Assembly: GCA_965208835.1 (NCBI GenBank)
Contig: OZ242358.1
Coordinates: 4,960,001 to 5,024,000, forward strand
DNA from: Candidatus Latescibacterota bacterium
Lineage (GTDB): Bacteria > Latescibacterota > UBA2968 > GCA-2709665
Length of the DNA: 64,000 nucleotides
Direction of reading: 5' to 3'
Below the pieces are notes generated by a model that was not told the origin of the DNA, searched no databases, and saw only the letters and a list, made by a program, of their open reading frames with translations. Shown here one piece after another: positions 28,144 to 37,134 of the stretch. Numbering within the stretch: the first letter of the stretch is position 1; every line of letters starts with the position of its first letter. The translations under genes and the position numbers were made by a program.

Positions 28144-29403
28144 TCACGACAATCGCGAATCGATATCCGGCAGAGTAAATCGCACCGTATCGAACCGCCG
28201 GGCCATCGCGACCGCGCGTTCCCTTGCGCCGTCCGGGTCCCGTTTGCTCACCACGTCCAGAATACAGCCGGCAATTTCGGGAGCATCCTCCTCCGTCATG
28301 CCGTATCGGGTCACTTCCTGCACGCCAATGCGGAGGCCGTGTCTCCCCATCTCTTTCGGCGCGCCGGCGGCGTTGACCAGAATATGGCAGGCCTCCAACT
28401 CTCTGACCAGCGCGCCGCTTTCGCCGAACGCATCCACAACCGGCAGCACGGTGTGAGATTCCGTAAACCCCCGGTCCGCGCCCACCACCGGCGCGCCCTG
28501 TTCGTGCAGCGCCCGGCCCAGCGCTTTGGCATTGCCGATGATCGCGTCGGCGTGTGCCCGTCCGCACGCCATCCACTCCAGGAACGTACCCGCGAGCGAC
28601 GGCAGACGGCTGAGGTGGTGGTTGGCAATCATCAGCGGCGATATCGCCTTCGCGATCCGTTCCGCGACGTCCCTGTCGTTGGTCAAAATCATACCCCCCT
28701 GCGGACCGGCCAGCGTCTTGTGCGTGCTGGTGATGATGACGTCCGCGCCTTCCGTGAGCGGAGACTGAAACCGACCGCCGGCAATCAGCCCCATCACGTG
28801 GGCCGCGTCGTAAACGAGGATCGAACCGGGACTGTACCGATCCATCGCGGTCCGCAGTTCCCGCACGGGCTGGGGAAAGACGAAATGCGCCGATCCGATG
28901 CTGACGAGTCCGGGGCGATGCTCGCGGATCAGCGAAACCGTTCGATCCAGGTCGATATTGGCGTTCATGGCGTCCCACGGGACCGGAATCGACTTCAGTT
29001 CCACGTTCAATCCCGAGTTCGCCAGCTTGGCGGCGTACATGTGCCCATTATGCACCTCCAGTACTGTATCACCGGGACGCCCAAGCGCGAACAACGCGAT
29101 GAGGCCCGCGATATTCCCCGAGAGCGGACGCAGGTCCACGTACGCCGCCCCGAAAAGCTGCTTCGCCAGGTCCTGCGCGACCTCCTCCATCTGCGTGAGG
29201 AACGCATTTCCCGGATACCCCCGGTTTCGCGGATCGATACCGGTATACGACCCGTACCTGTGGTCGAGATCGTTCACGATCAGACGCTCCACCAGCGGAC
29301 TGGGCCTGGTCTCCGAGGCGATCAGATTCAGACAGCTTTCCCGGAAGGTTTTGTGTTTTTCGACCAGGGCATCAATTTCCGCGACTTTACGTTTATAGTC
29401 CAT
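28144..29403 (-). CDS. Serine hydroxymethyltransferase-like PLP enzyme (divergent paralog)
   Basis: LNLIASE, RPLSG, DAAHVMGLIAGG, PLP lysine in TSTHKTLAGPQGG, and GLRIG. Confidence 0.82.
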   Translation of the reverse strand: MDYKRKVAEIDALVEKHKTFRESCLNLIASETRPSPLVERLIVNDLDHRYGSYTGIDPRNRGYPGNAFLTQMEEVAQDLAKQLFGAAYVDLRPLSGNIAGLIALFALGRPGDTVLEVHNGHMYAAKLANSGLNVELKSIPVPWDAMNANIDLDRTVSLIREHRPGLVSIGSAHFVFPQPVRELRTAMDRYSPGSILVYDAAHVMGLIAGGRFQSPLTEGADVIITSTHKTLAGPQGGMILTNDRDVAERIAKAISPLMIANHHLSRLPSLAGTFLEWMACGRAHADAIIGNAKALGRALHEQGAPVVGADRGFTESHTVLPVVDAFGESGALVRELEACHILVNAAGAPKEMGRHGLRIGVQEVTRYGMTEEDAPEIAGCILDVVSKRDPDGARERAVAMARRFDTVRFTLPDIDSRLS

Positions 29404-29416
29404 GGGGTAATCCCGT

Positions 29417-30475
29417 CTATATCGCTTTTCGGGTTAACGCCTCGATCAGGTCGACCTCGCTATAGAGAAGCGCGCGCGCAAAGGCGCCCTCGCCCAGGTA
29501 ATCGGTTGCGTTCCACACCCGGGGCGTGCTGTAATAGGCCGTTACGAGCCGCTCCCCCAACCGGACGGTGGAGGGATAGCCCAGGTCGCGGTTCCCCAGG
29601 TCGTCGCACACAATCAGGGGACCGCTCCAGGTCCGGCCCGAGTCTTTGCTCACCCTGGCCTGGACGCCGAACGGTTCGCGGCGGACGCCATACACCATCA
29701 GAACCCAGTCGTTGGACAGCAGCGTGAGGTCCGCCGGGTGTTCCCGCTCCCTGGTCACCTCCGACGGTTCGTCCCAGGTGCAGCCTCCATCCGTGGATCG
29801 GGACACCGAGACGAGGCCGCTCCGGTCCGCCGAACGCATCGCGGCCAGAAGAACCCCGTCGGACGTCAGGAGCAGGGCCGTTTCGTTGTACCGTTCGGCA
29901 ATCAGCGACGGCCGATCCCAGGTCCGGCCGTTGTCGTCGGAACGAAGGATATACGCGCAGTCGTCCGCTTCGTCTGCGGAATCGTTATCGGAACCGTAGA
30001 GCGGCAGCAGCATTGTCCCGCCGGGAAGGGTCACTATGTGGCCGAACGCGGAGTGCTTTTTCATCGCAGGGAATCCGAGGGGCCGATCGTCTTCCCAGCT
30101 TCGCCCTCCATCGCGTGAACGGACGACGCGCATCTGCACCCGACGCAACTCCGGAGACCAGGTACCGTCTTCGCCGTAGGACCCCTGTGTGTGGTACGCC
30201 AGCACAACGGTCTCGTCGGGCGCGACGCCCACCGCGGGATTCCGGTCGTCCGCCTGCGAGTCGACGATCACGACCGGCGATTCCCACGTACGCCCACCGT
30301 CCGTCGAACGGATCGCCTCCAGGCGGCCGGTAACGCCCACGTGACCCGCACCGGCGCGGATCACGGCCAGGACTTCCTCGCCGCGTACGCTGGCGAGTAC
30401 GGGAAAATAGCCCCGGTCCCTGCAGAGATACACCTCGGAAGCTGAAGGAAAATGGCGGAAATCAATGGTGGCCAT
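29417..30475 (-). CDS. BNR/Asp-box beta-propeller (sialidase-like glycosidase)
   Basis: Five Asp-boxes (STDGGRTW, SRDGGRSW, SDDNGRTW, STDGGCTW, SKDSGRTW), plus YFP and DLGYPS. Confidence 0.85.
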   Translation of the reverse strand: MATIDFRHFPSASEVYLCRDRGYFPVLASVRGEEVLAVIRAGAGHVGVTGRLEAIRSTDGGRTWESPVVIVDSQADDRNPAVGVAPDETVVLAYHTQGSYGEDGTWSPELRRVQMRVVRSRDGGRSWEDDRPLGFPAMKKHSAFGHIVTLPGGTMLLPLYGSDNDSADEADDCAYILRSDDNGRTWDRPSLIAERYNETALLLTSDGVLLAAMRSADRSGLVSVSRSTDGGCTWDEPSEVTREREHPADLTLLSNDWVLMVYGVRREPFGVQARVSKDSGRTWSGPLIVCDDLGNRDLGYPSTVRLGERLVTAYYSTPRVWNATDYLGEGAFARALLYSEVDLIEALTRKAI

Positions 30476-30640
30476 GAGAAACCCCTTTCAATAATCAACT
30501 AACGGCGGGGGCGAATGCGTAAGTCAGCTCACACGAAGACACGAAGAAAAGCTGTCAGCTAAAGGCATAAAACAAAAGTCAGAAACCAAATTCAACATCC
30601 ACATCTCCCCAAATTCCCTGCCTACGGTGTGTTCCTTGAA

Positions 30641-30780
30641 AAACGGGGAAGACGTGAGACGGGAGAGGGTAGAGATTGCCTGCCTTGCGAGGTTTCTTTT
30701 CGTGCCAGAGGCAAGAAAGATGAAAATATCGGGCAAGGACTTCCTCTACCGGCTTCCCTCTACCTTCTCACCGCCTTTAG
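30641..30780 (+). repeat. Heptamer-armed hairpin repeat, copy 6
   Basis: gacgtgagacgggagagggtagagattgcctgccttgcgagg...tgccagaggca...ctcaccgccttt. Confidence 0.88.
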
Positions 30781-30997
30781 AATTGTCGCCGCTGGGCGCG
30801 GGGCCTGCCTTATGCATGGCGCGAATTCCCTCACAGGACTCACCCGATACGATGGCCTGCCAACACCGGCGGATAACGTAACGCAGTGCGGGACGGAACA
30901 ACGCGCCCTGCTTTGGAAGTACTCGCGAGAGACGTCGCCCACCAAAACCGAATGCCTATCTGATAACGAGACCTCTCCGCCGTGGGTCGCGGTGATT

Positions 30998-33900
30998 TCA
31001 CAGGCTCCAGACATGCGGTATGCGCCAGGTGTCGCCTGGAGCGACGTCGTAGATGTAGAACGGTTTTCCGGAAAACGCCTCCGCCTGGCCGGCGTCCGCG
31101 AGCGTAAACCTGCCCTTCTCAGCGGCCTTCAATCGCGTTCCGGTCTGCCCGCGCGTGTGCGAAATTGCCTTTCCATCGTACAGATCGCGCACCACCTCCA
31201 GCTTCAGCATGGGCGTGTCCGTCAGCAGCGTTGCGCCATCCACCTTCCCGATCCGTCCCTCGCTCAACAGCAGGTCCATCTCCTCCAGCGCGATCAGATA
31301 ACGGCCCTCCCCGGCATCCTCCACGCCCGCGACCCCGTACGACGAGTTACAGATGTAGTTGGGATGCCCGATGACCGCCGTCCGGCCTGTCAGCGAACCA
31401 TCCAGCGGAAGCGGGACGCGCGACGAGACGAGGATCCGGCGGTCGTCGATATCCACCGCACGCACCTCTCCCCCCCACGCTCCCGGGCCCTCCATCCCGA
31501 TCTCTCCAAATCGGAATTCCCTGCCGTTCACCACCTGCGCCCGCGGGAAGGAGTCGCCCTCACGCTCGACGAACGCCCAGTCCCCGTCGAATCGAATCGG
31601 CAGGCCGTCCACCTCGCCATCCAGAACCCCGTCGATGCCGTGCAGAATATAATGGACCCGATTGCCGATTTCGACCCTCATGCCCGCGGTGCGTCCATCC
31701 ACGGACAGCGGCGCAACCTCGTCAATATAGGTCGTCCCGGAAAACGGCTCGAGAACGCTCATGAACCGGTTTTCCTTCTCATGCAGTCCCGAACGCCGCA
31801 CGATCACGTACCGGTCCCACGGGCTGTGGCCCTGCAGTCCCGTCCCCTCCGCGAGCCCTGTGATCGCCGTCGAACCTGCCTCACCGATCATATGCAGACG
31901 GATTCCGGCGCCGTTTTCTTCGGTCCGCCAGGTCGCCGCCAGTCCGCCGGCCGTGCGGGCCCTCGCCACGTCCTTCACATACCCGTATCCGGGCGCCTCT
32001 CCGAACGGGACTTCGGGACCTGCGAGGGTGCCTTCATCCTGCTTCTCGAAGGCCGCGTCCCCGGACAGTGCGATATCGAACCGTTCCGCATTCTCTCCGG
32101 CCCAGCCGTGGAAGCTGTAGTCGTGTTCCCCACCCCCGGAAACGCGGAACAGATCGACCGCATAGGACCGCTCGTCGTCCACCGGAACCAGCACCACCGC
32201 GCGCCGGTACCGTTTCGCAAGATCCGGATAGGCCCGCTCGGCGGACGCATCGGCCAGGCGCACCCACGGCCCGTCCACGAACAGGTTCGGACTGCCCGTC
32301 GCGAACACCTGGTTGGTGCCGTCGATTAACGCGGTGCAATGGCTGGCCGTGTGCGTCTCCCATCCGTCCTTTTTGGGCGCCACCCAGCTAGGCGGATATC
32401 CCAGGTCCGCGGACAGATCGTAACCGTACGCGATAATATTCACCGCCAGCTTGTCCATATGCCCGTGACCCCGGTTCCCCTTCCCGTAATTCAGCACCAC
32501 GTGCCGGCGGCTGGCCTGCTCGTTTCCCGCGCGCAGGATGCAGAACCCCGAGTCGTGCAGCACGACGCTCCCGGAAGATTGCCCTTCTGCCTTCACCGTC
32601 TCTTTCCATGGTTCGCAGTGGAACAGCAGATAGAGGTCGCCGTCCTTCCGTGCGACATCCGGATCACCGCGAGTACCCGTCAGAATCCGGCGCGCGTAAA
32701 GGTCCCGCGCCTCCGGCAGGCGCAGGTAACCGATTTCGTCCTCCAGCGAATACGGCGTGCGCAACACGCGGTTCCGCCCGCCGCCCGTGTCCCCGATCAT
32801 GGGCACACGCCCGTCGCAGTCCACCGCGCTGGCGAATTCCATCATCTCCCGCAGGCGGAACCTGGGGTCGCGATACAGGTCAACCGGCGATTCAAAGTGG
32901 TCTCCATCCTGGAATCCGAGGGTCCATTCGGCCGCATTCAACGCCTCCCGTATGTTGCCCGCGCCGTAGCCGATGGAGTCGTACCAAAACCTCCCGTCCC
33001 GGTAGAAGCTATTGGACATCACGTTGTAGAGACCGGTGGGCGCTTCCAGGGCCTGCCGGATCATCGCCCCATTCTGCATACAGGCCCCGACCTCGAGCAG
33101 ACAGTAGAGTGACGACGTAAGGAAGTCCCCGCCGGCAATCGGCAGCGTCCGGTCCAGAAACTCGTAGGCATATGCGAACAGGTTCCGATTGATGTTAAAT
33201 ATGATATCCCCGGTTGACGCGGGACCGGCGCCGCCGTCACTTGAACGGAAGAAGCCGACGAGTTCCTCGTCCTCCTGAATCGCGTCGAAAACCAGATCGC
33301 TAGTCAGCGCCACGTTGTGCAGGAAGGACTGTTCCCGTCCCGACGCCTCCCCGACGTAGCCCCGGATGGGATCCTTGCTCCGATCGTAGGTCTCGTACCC
33401 CTCCTTGATGCCCTGCAGCCTCCCGTACACGTCGGCCAGGCGGTTCAACAGGATCCCCGCCTTATGTGCGTATTTGCGTTCACCTGTGAAGGCGTACGCA
33501 AGCGCAAGCGCCTGTGAGGCGGGCCGGCCCTGGTGCCCCTCGCCCGTCTGAGGGGCGTAGGGACTGGAAAACAAACGATATAGCAGAAAACATCGGTAGG
33601 CACCCACGAAGTAGTACGTAACGCCGGCGTTCATGAACCCCGGTGGCGCAACCCACCCCTGTCCACCGTCCATCACACGTACCGGCTTTCCCGTGCCCGG
33701 ATTCACGACCTCAATTCCCTGGTACCACCACTCGTCCCCCAGATTGCACCGCCACTGATACGGATGCAGGAGATCACCCTCGAACGTGGACCGGTTGCCG
33801 CCGTGAATCGGACACCCGTCGTACTGGGCCACCGTCAACGCCATGGGATTCTGCGTTGGCACCATCGCATAGAGCGTCTCATCGGAGAACCTCGCCCAGA

Positions 33901-34192
33901 AGTCGGCATCCCTTACGATCCGGTCCACCATCTCCCGCGCCCAATCCAACCGTTCCACGTTTCGCCTGGCGCGCTCCAGGTCCTCGCGATTGTAGATGCC
34001 CACCAGACCCTGCCGTTTGCCGTCGCCGATCACCGTTTCGTGGAACCGCGCGGCCCGCTCATAACGGTCCGGTTCGTGATCCGGCAGCGGATCGCGCAGA
34101 TGCAGGTCCTCGTACAGCGCCCGCAGCGCCGATTCATCCTCGACAATCTCCCCCTTCACAGGCATTCTGATCATCTCGTCTCCTCCATCCAT
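30998..34192 (-). CDS. Heparinase II/III-like (polysaccharide lyase-type) protein
   Basis: 1064 aa, with DGRFWYDSIGY, PMIGDTG, GHGHMDKL, DLGY and TASHCT. Confidence 0.78.
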   Translation of the reverse strand: MDGGDEMIRMPVKGEIVEDESALRALYEDLHLRDPLPDHEPDRYERAARFHETVIGDGKRQGLVGIYNREDLERARRNVERLDWAREMVDRIVRDADFWARFSDETLYAMVPTQNPMALTVAQYDGCPIHGGNRSTFEGDLLHPYQWRCNLGDEWWYQGIEVVNPGTGKPVRVMDGGQGWVAPPGFMNAGVTYYFVGAYRCFLLYRLFSSPYAPQTGEGHQGRPASQALALAYAFTGERKYAHKAGILLNRLADVYGRLQGIKEGYETYDRSKDPIRGYVGEASGREQSFLHNVALTSDLVFDAIQEDEELVGFFRSSDGGAGPASTGDIIFNINRNLFAYAYEFLDRTLPIAGGDFLTSSLYCLLEVGACMQNGAMIRQALEAPTGLYNVMSNSFYRDGRFWYDSIGYGAGNIREALNAAEWTLGFQDGDHFESPVDLYRDPRFRLREMMEFASAVDCDGRVPMIGDTGGGRNRVLRTPYSLEDEIGYLRLPEARDLYARRILTGTRGDPDVARKDGDLYLLFHCEPWKETVKAEGQSSGSVVLHDSGFCILRAGNEQASRRHVVLNYGKGNRGHGHMDKLAVNIIAYGYDLSADLGYPPSWVAPKKDGWETHTASHCTALIDGTNQVFATGSPNLFVDGPWVRLADASAERAYPDLAKRYRRAVVLVPVDDERSYAVDLFRVSGGGEHDYSFHGWAGENAERFDIALSGDAAFEKQDEGTLAGPEVPFGEAPGYGYVKDVARARTAGGLAATWRTEENGAGIRLHMIGEAGSTAITGLAEGTGLQGHSPWDRYVIVRRSGLHEKENRFMSVLEPFSGTTYIDEVAPLSVDGRTAGMRVEIGNRVHYILHGIDGVLDGEVDGLPIRFDGDWAFVEREGDSFPRAQVVNGREFRFGEIGMEGPGAWGGEVRAVDIDDRRILVSSRVPLPLDGSLTGRTAVIGHPNYICNSSYGVAGVEDAGEGRYLIALEEMDLLLSEGRIGKVDGATLLTDTPMLKLEVVRDLYDGKAISHTRGQTGTRLKAAEKGRFTLADAGQAEAFSGKPFYIYDVAPGDTWRIPHVWSL

Positions 34193-34346
34193 GCGTCCAG
34201 GAAACCATCGATCCCAAAAGACCCGATGCCTCCGAATATTCCCTTCAAGGTAGAAGAAACCGCTTCGAAATCCAGGAACTTCCCGTTATTTTCTACGAAG
34301 GCAGGGTCATTCAGAAGCAGCCCGGGACCTTTCCTGCCGGCTCATC

Positions 34347-34485
34347 AAGAGCGGGTAGACGTTAGACGGGAGAGGGTAGAGATTACCCGCCTTGCGAGGA
34401 TTCTTCTCGTGCCAGAGGCAAGAAAGATTAAAATATCGGGCAAGGCCTTCTTCTCCCGTCTCACCTCTACCGACTCACCGCTTTT
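34347..34485 (+). repeat. Heptamer-armed hairpin repeat, copy 7
   Basis: Very close to copy 6 (gtgccagaggcaagaaagat.aaaatatcgggcaagg). Confidence 0.88.
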
Positions 34486-34539
34486 TGGCATCGTCTCAAC
34501 CCCACCCTTCAAGATATCATCCAGGAGACCGATAAAACG

Positions 34540-35616
34540 ATGACCAAACCCTTGAGACTCGCGGTTGTGGGCGTGGGCCGAATCGGTGTCTTCCACGCCA
34601 TGCACGTCCAGGAACTGGGCGAAGCGGAGGGTGCCTGCAAGCTCGTTGCCGTGGCAGACCGCTACGGGAACACCGCCGAAGACGTCGCCCGCGATCTCCG
34701 GAAAAAGCAGGGGTCCGAAATCCGCGCCTTCAAGAGTACCCGGGACCTGGCGGATGCCGGCCTGATCGACGCGGCCGTTGTGGCCTCGAGGACCGAAGAC
34801 CACGAAGCCGACGCCCGGACACTGATCGACGCGGGCTGCCGCGTCATGCTGGAGAAACCCCTTACCGGTTCGGTCGAGGCCGCTGCCGACTTCGTGAGAT
34901 ACCTGTCGAGGGATAATACGAAAAAGCAAGCCCTGATGCAGGCCTTTATGAGGCGCTTCGACGAGCCGCTGCTCCATGCGAAATCCCTTCTGGACCGGAA
35001 CGCCATCGGCGACCCGTTCAAGGTCGTTTCCGTCCTCGAAGATCCGCATCCGCCGCCGGTGGGCTACAACAGCCCGGGCATCGTGCCGGACATGGCCGTG
35101 CACAACATCGACGAAGCGATCTGGCTTCTGGGCGCGCTTCCGGAACGGGTTGGCGCCATGGGCGCGAACCTGCACAACTTCAGGATTACGACCGTCAAGG
35201 AGGATTTCGACGACGCGCACCTGCACATGACGTTTCCCGAGGACGTTATCGCGCAGGTCCAGGTTAGCCGAAACCACGTGGCGGGATACCGCAACGAAAC
35301 GTGGGTCTACGGCCCGGACGGTCTCATCCACGTGGGTCCCTTCCAGGAGGATCCGTTACGGGTGACAGTGGAAGCGTACTCCCGGGAGGGCGTCATCGAA
35401 AAGAAGGACTTCCGGATGAGAGATTACGGCGGGGAAGTCCCGGTGTTCATCGAGCGGTTCGGACCGTCGTACAAACGGGAGCTCGCGTATTTCGTCGACC
35501 GCTGCCTGAAAGACGAACCCTTCAGCGTGACTCAGGAGGTCGGCCTCAATGCCATGCGCGTTGCCGAGGCCGGTGTCCGGTCGCTGCGCGCCGGCGCAAA
35601 GACCGTTGCCATTTAA
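34540..35616 (+). CDS. Gfo/Idh/MocA oxidoreductase (inositol 2-dehydrogenase-like)
   Basis: GVGRIG, EKP, FMRRFD and DMAVHNID. Confidence 0.9.
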   Translation: MTKPLRLAVVGVGRIGVFHAMHVQELGEAEGACKLVAVADRYGNTAEDVARDLRKKQGSEIRAFKSTRDLADAGLIDAAVVASRTEDHEADARTLIDAGCRVMLEKPLTGSVEAAADFVRYLSRDNTKKQALMQAFMRRFDEPLLHAKSLLDRNAIGDPFKVVSVLEDPHPPPVGYNSPGIVPDMAVHNIDEAIWLLGALPERVGAMGANLHNFRITTVKEDFDDAHLHMTFPEDVIAQVQVSRNHVAGYRNETWVYGPDGLIHVGPFQEDPLRVTVEAYSREGVIEKKDFRMRDYGGEVPVFIERFGPSYKRELAYFVDRCLKDEPFSVTQEVGLNAMRVAEAGVRSLRAGAKTVAI

Positions 35617-35702
35617 ACACACCGGGGAGACGCCGGCCCCGAAAACAAAGGCTTATCCGAGGCGCGAAGGACGTCAACGTACCGCGCTGACCCAACCACG
35701 CC

Positions 35703-36761
35703 TTACGAGAGCGGGAAGTCGACCCGGCAGTTCCCTCCGTGGTGCGACTTCAGAATCCCCATCATCACCTCCACCGTCTTGCGAGCTTCCCGCGCGGGCG
35801 AGACCAGGTCGCCGCCTTCCTCGAGTACCCGGATGAGTTCTCCCACTGCCGCCGTCTGATTTTCCATCGCGTATTTCTCTGCCAGAATGGGAGACGTGGA
35901 CGACTCGTAGTGCGACCTGCTCCGGATCAGGGATGCATTCCGATCGGATATCTCGATGCGTCCATCCTCGCACGTCAGCGCGAATTGCGAACCTGGAAAG
36001 TTCATTTTATGGGCATTGTAGAACGCCCGCACGCCGTTGTCGAACCGGATATACGCCGATGCGTACGGATCGACGGCCGGATCTTTCCCGCCGTCCCCCT
36101 TGTACTCGGTGAAATGCTCGAATCCCTCTTCGAGCTCGGCCGCCAGCCAAAGGGGATTGGCCTCGGCGAAGAAGCAGATCATGTCCAGCAGGTGGGTGCC
36201 GTTCCGGAACATCATCGCCCGGCGGCTGAACTGCTCGCACACAACCGTTCGCAGCGGTCCGATCTCTCCGCTTCGAATAATCTCTCGCGCCTCGAGGTAG
36301 CTCGGATTCCACCGCCTGGTGTGCTCGATCGAGAGCAGTACGCCGTTGGCTTCGGCGGCGGCGATCATCCGGTCCGCGTCTTCCAGCGAGGTGGCGATCG
36401 GCTTCTCGCACAGGATGGCGCGCGCGCCGGATTCGGCGGCGGCAACGGTCATATCCGCGTGTACGTGGTCCGACGTCGCCACGCTCACCAGATCCGGCTT
36501 CTCCTTGTCCAGCATCTCCCGGTAATCGGTATAGAGACGCGCATCCGGCCACACGTCTGCCCACTGTGCCTTGAAATCCGCCAGCGCCTCCGCACGGAGG
36601 TCGCAAACGCCCACCACTTCCGTCTGTGGATGCCGATCGTACGCAGCGGCGTGCGAGCCGGGCATCGGGCCGTACACCGGAAGGCGCTCATCTTCCTCGG
36701 GTCTCCTCGCGCCTATGCCGGACAGGCCGATGATTACGGAACGGTATTCGGGTTTCGACAT
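35703..36761 (-). CDS. Gfo/Idh/MocA oxidoreductase
   Basis: IIGLSGIG, CEKPIA, HTRRW and GTHLLD. The start is placed at MSKPEYR, after an AGGAGG RBS. Confidence 0.9.
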   Translation of the reverse strand: MSKPEYRSVIIGLSGIGARRPEEDERLPVYGPMPGSHAAAYDRHPQTEVVGVCDLRAEALADFKAQWADVWPDARLYTDYREMLDKEKPDLVSVATSDHVHADMTVAAAESGARAILCEKPIATSLEDADRMIAAAEANGVLLSIEHTRRWNPSYLEAREIIRSGEIGPLRTVVCEQFSRRAMMFRNGTHLLDMICFFAEANPLWLAAELEEGFEHFTEYKGDGGKDPAVDPYASAYIRFDNGVRAFYNAHKMNFPGSQFALTCEDGRIEISDRNASLIRSRSHYESSTSPILAEKYAMENQTAAVGELIRVLEEGGDLVSPAREARKTVEVMMGILKSHHGGNCRVDFPLS

Positions 36762-36876
36762 GGACGTATCCTCCTGTTCGCTTCCCTCACGGGGAAGAAA
36801 GAGATCATGCTGCCTTAGAAGCTGCTCTTCTCGCCGATTCCCGTAAAGAACCTCCGAAATCTGTCGAATCAAGGAC

Positions 36877-36992
36877 AATCACTCCCCCCTTGAGGGGGAG
36901 TCGCAGAAGCCGAGCCTGTCCCTGAGCCCGCGGTCCTTGTGCTTGTCGAAGGGCTGTTGTATAGCGGGCATTTCGACAAGCTCAATGACCAT
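36877..36992. repeat. REP-like composite element
   Basis: aatcactccccccttgagggggagtcgcagaagccgagcc...gcttgtcgaaggg...gcgggcatttcgacaagctcaatgacca. Shares blocks with 433-613 and 24609-24699. Confidence 0.8.
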
Positions 36993-37134
36993 GCGTTATT
37001 TAGTTTATTGGATGTCATTAAGCCGCTGTTAGGAGACCCACAACCTGCCCTGAGCCTTGTTGTCCCTGAGCTTACATCATTCGTCTTCTGGTTTTCTCGT
37101 TTGCTCGTCTATTTGTACTCTCGTCTCTTCGCCC

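Noticed and set aside
30781-30997. Unexplained 200 nt spacer, possible gene remnant or RNA
   Set aside because: No recognisable protein motif, repeat or convincing structure was found.
30629-32329. 566 aa + strand ORF
   Set aside because: It is an antisense shadow of the heparinase-like gene, starts in repeat copy 6 and has no recognisable motifs.
25674-34485. Classical integron
   Set aside because: No tyrosine recombinase is in the window, and no RYYYAAC...GTTRRRY attC ends were seen in the repeats.
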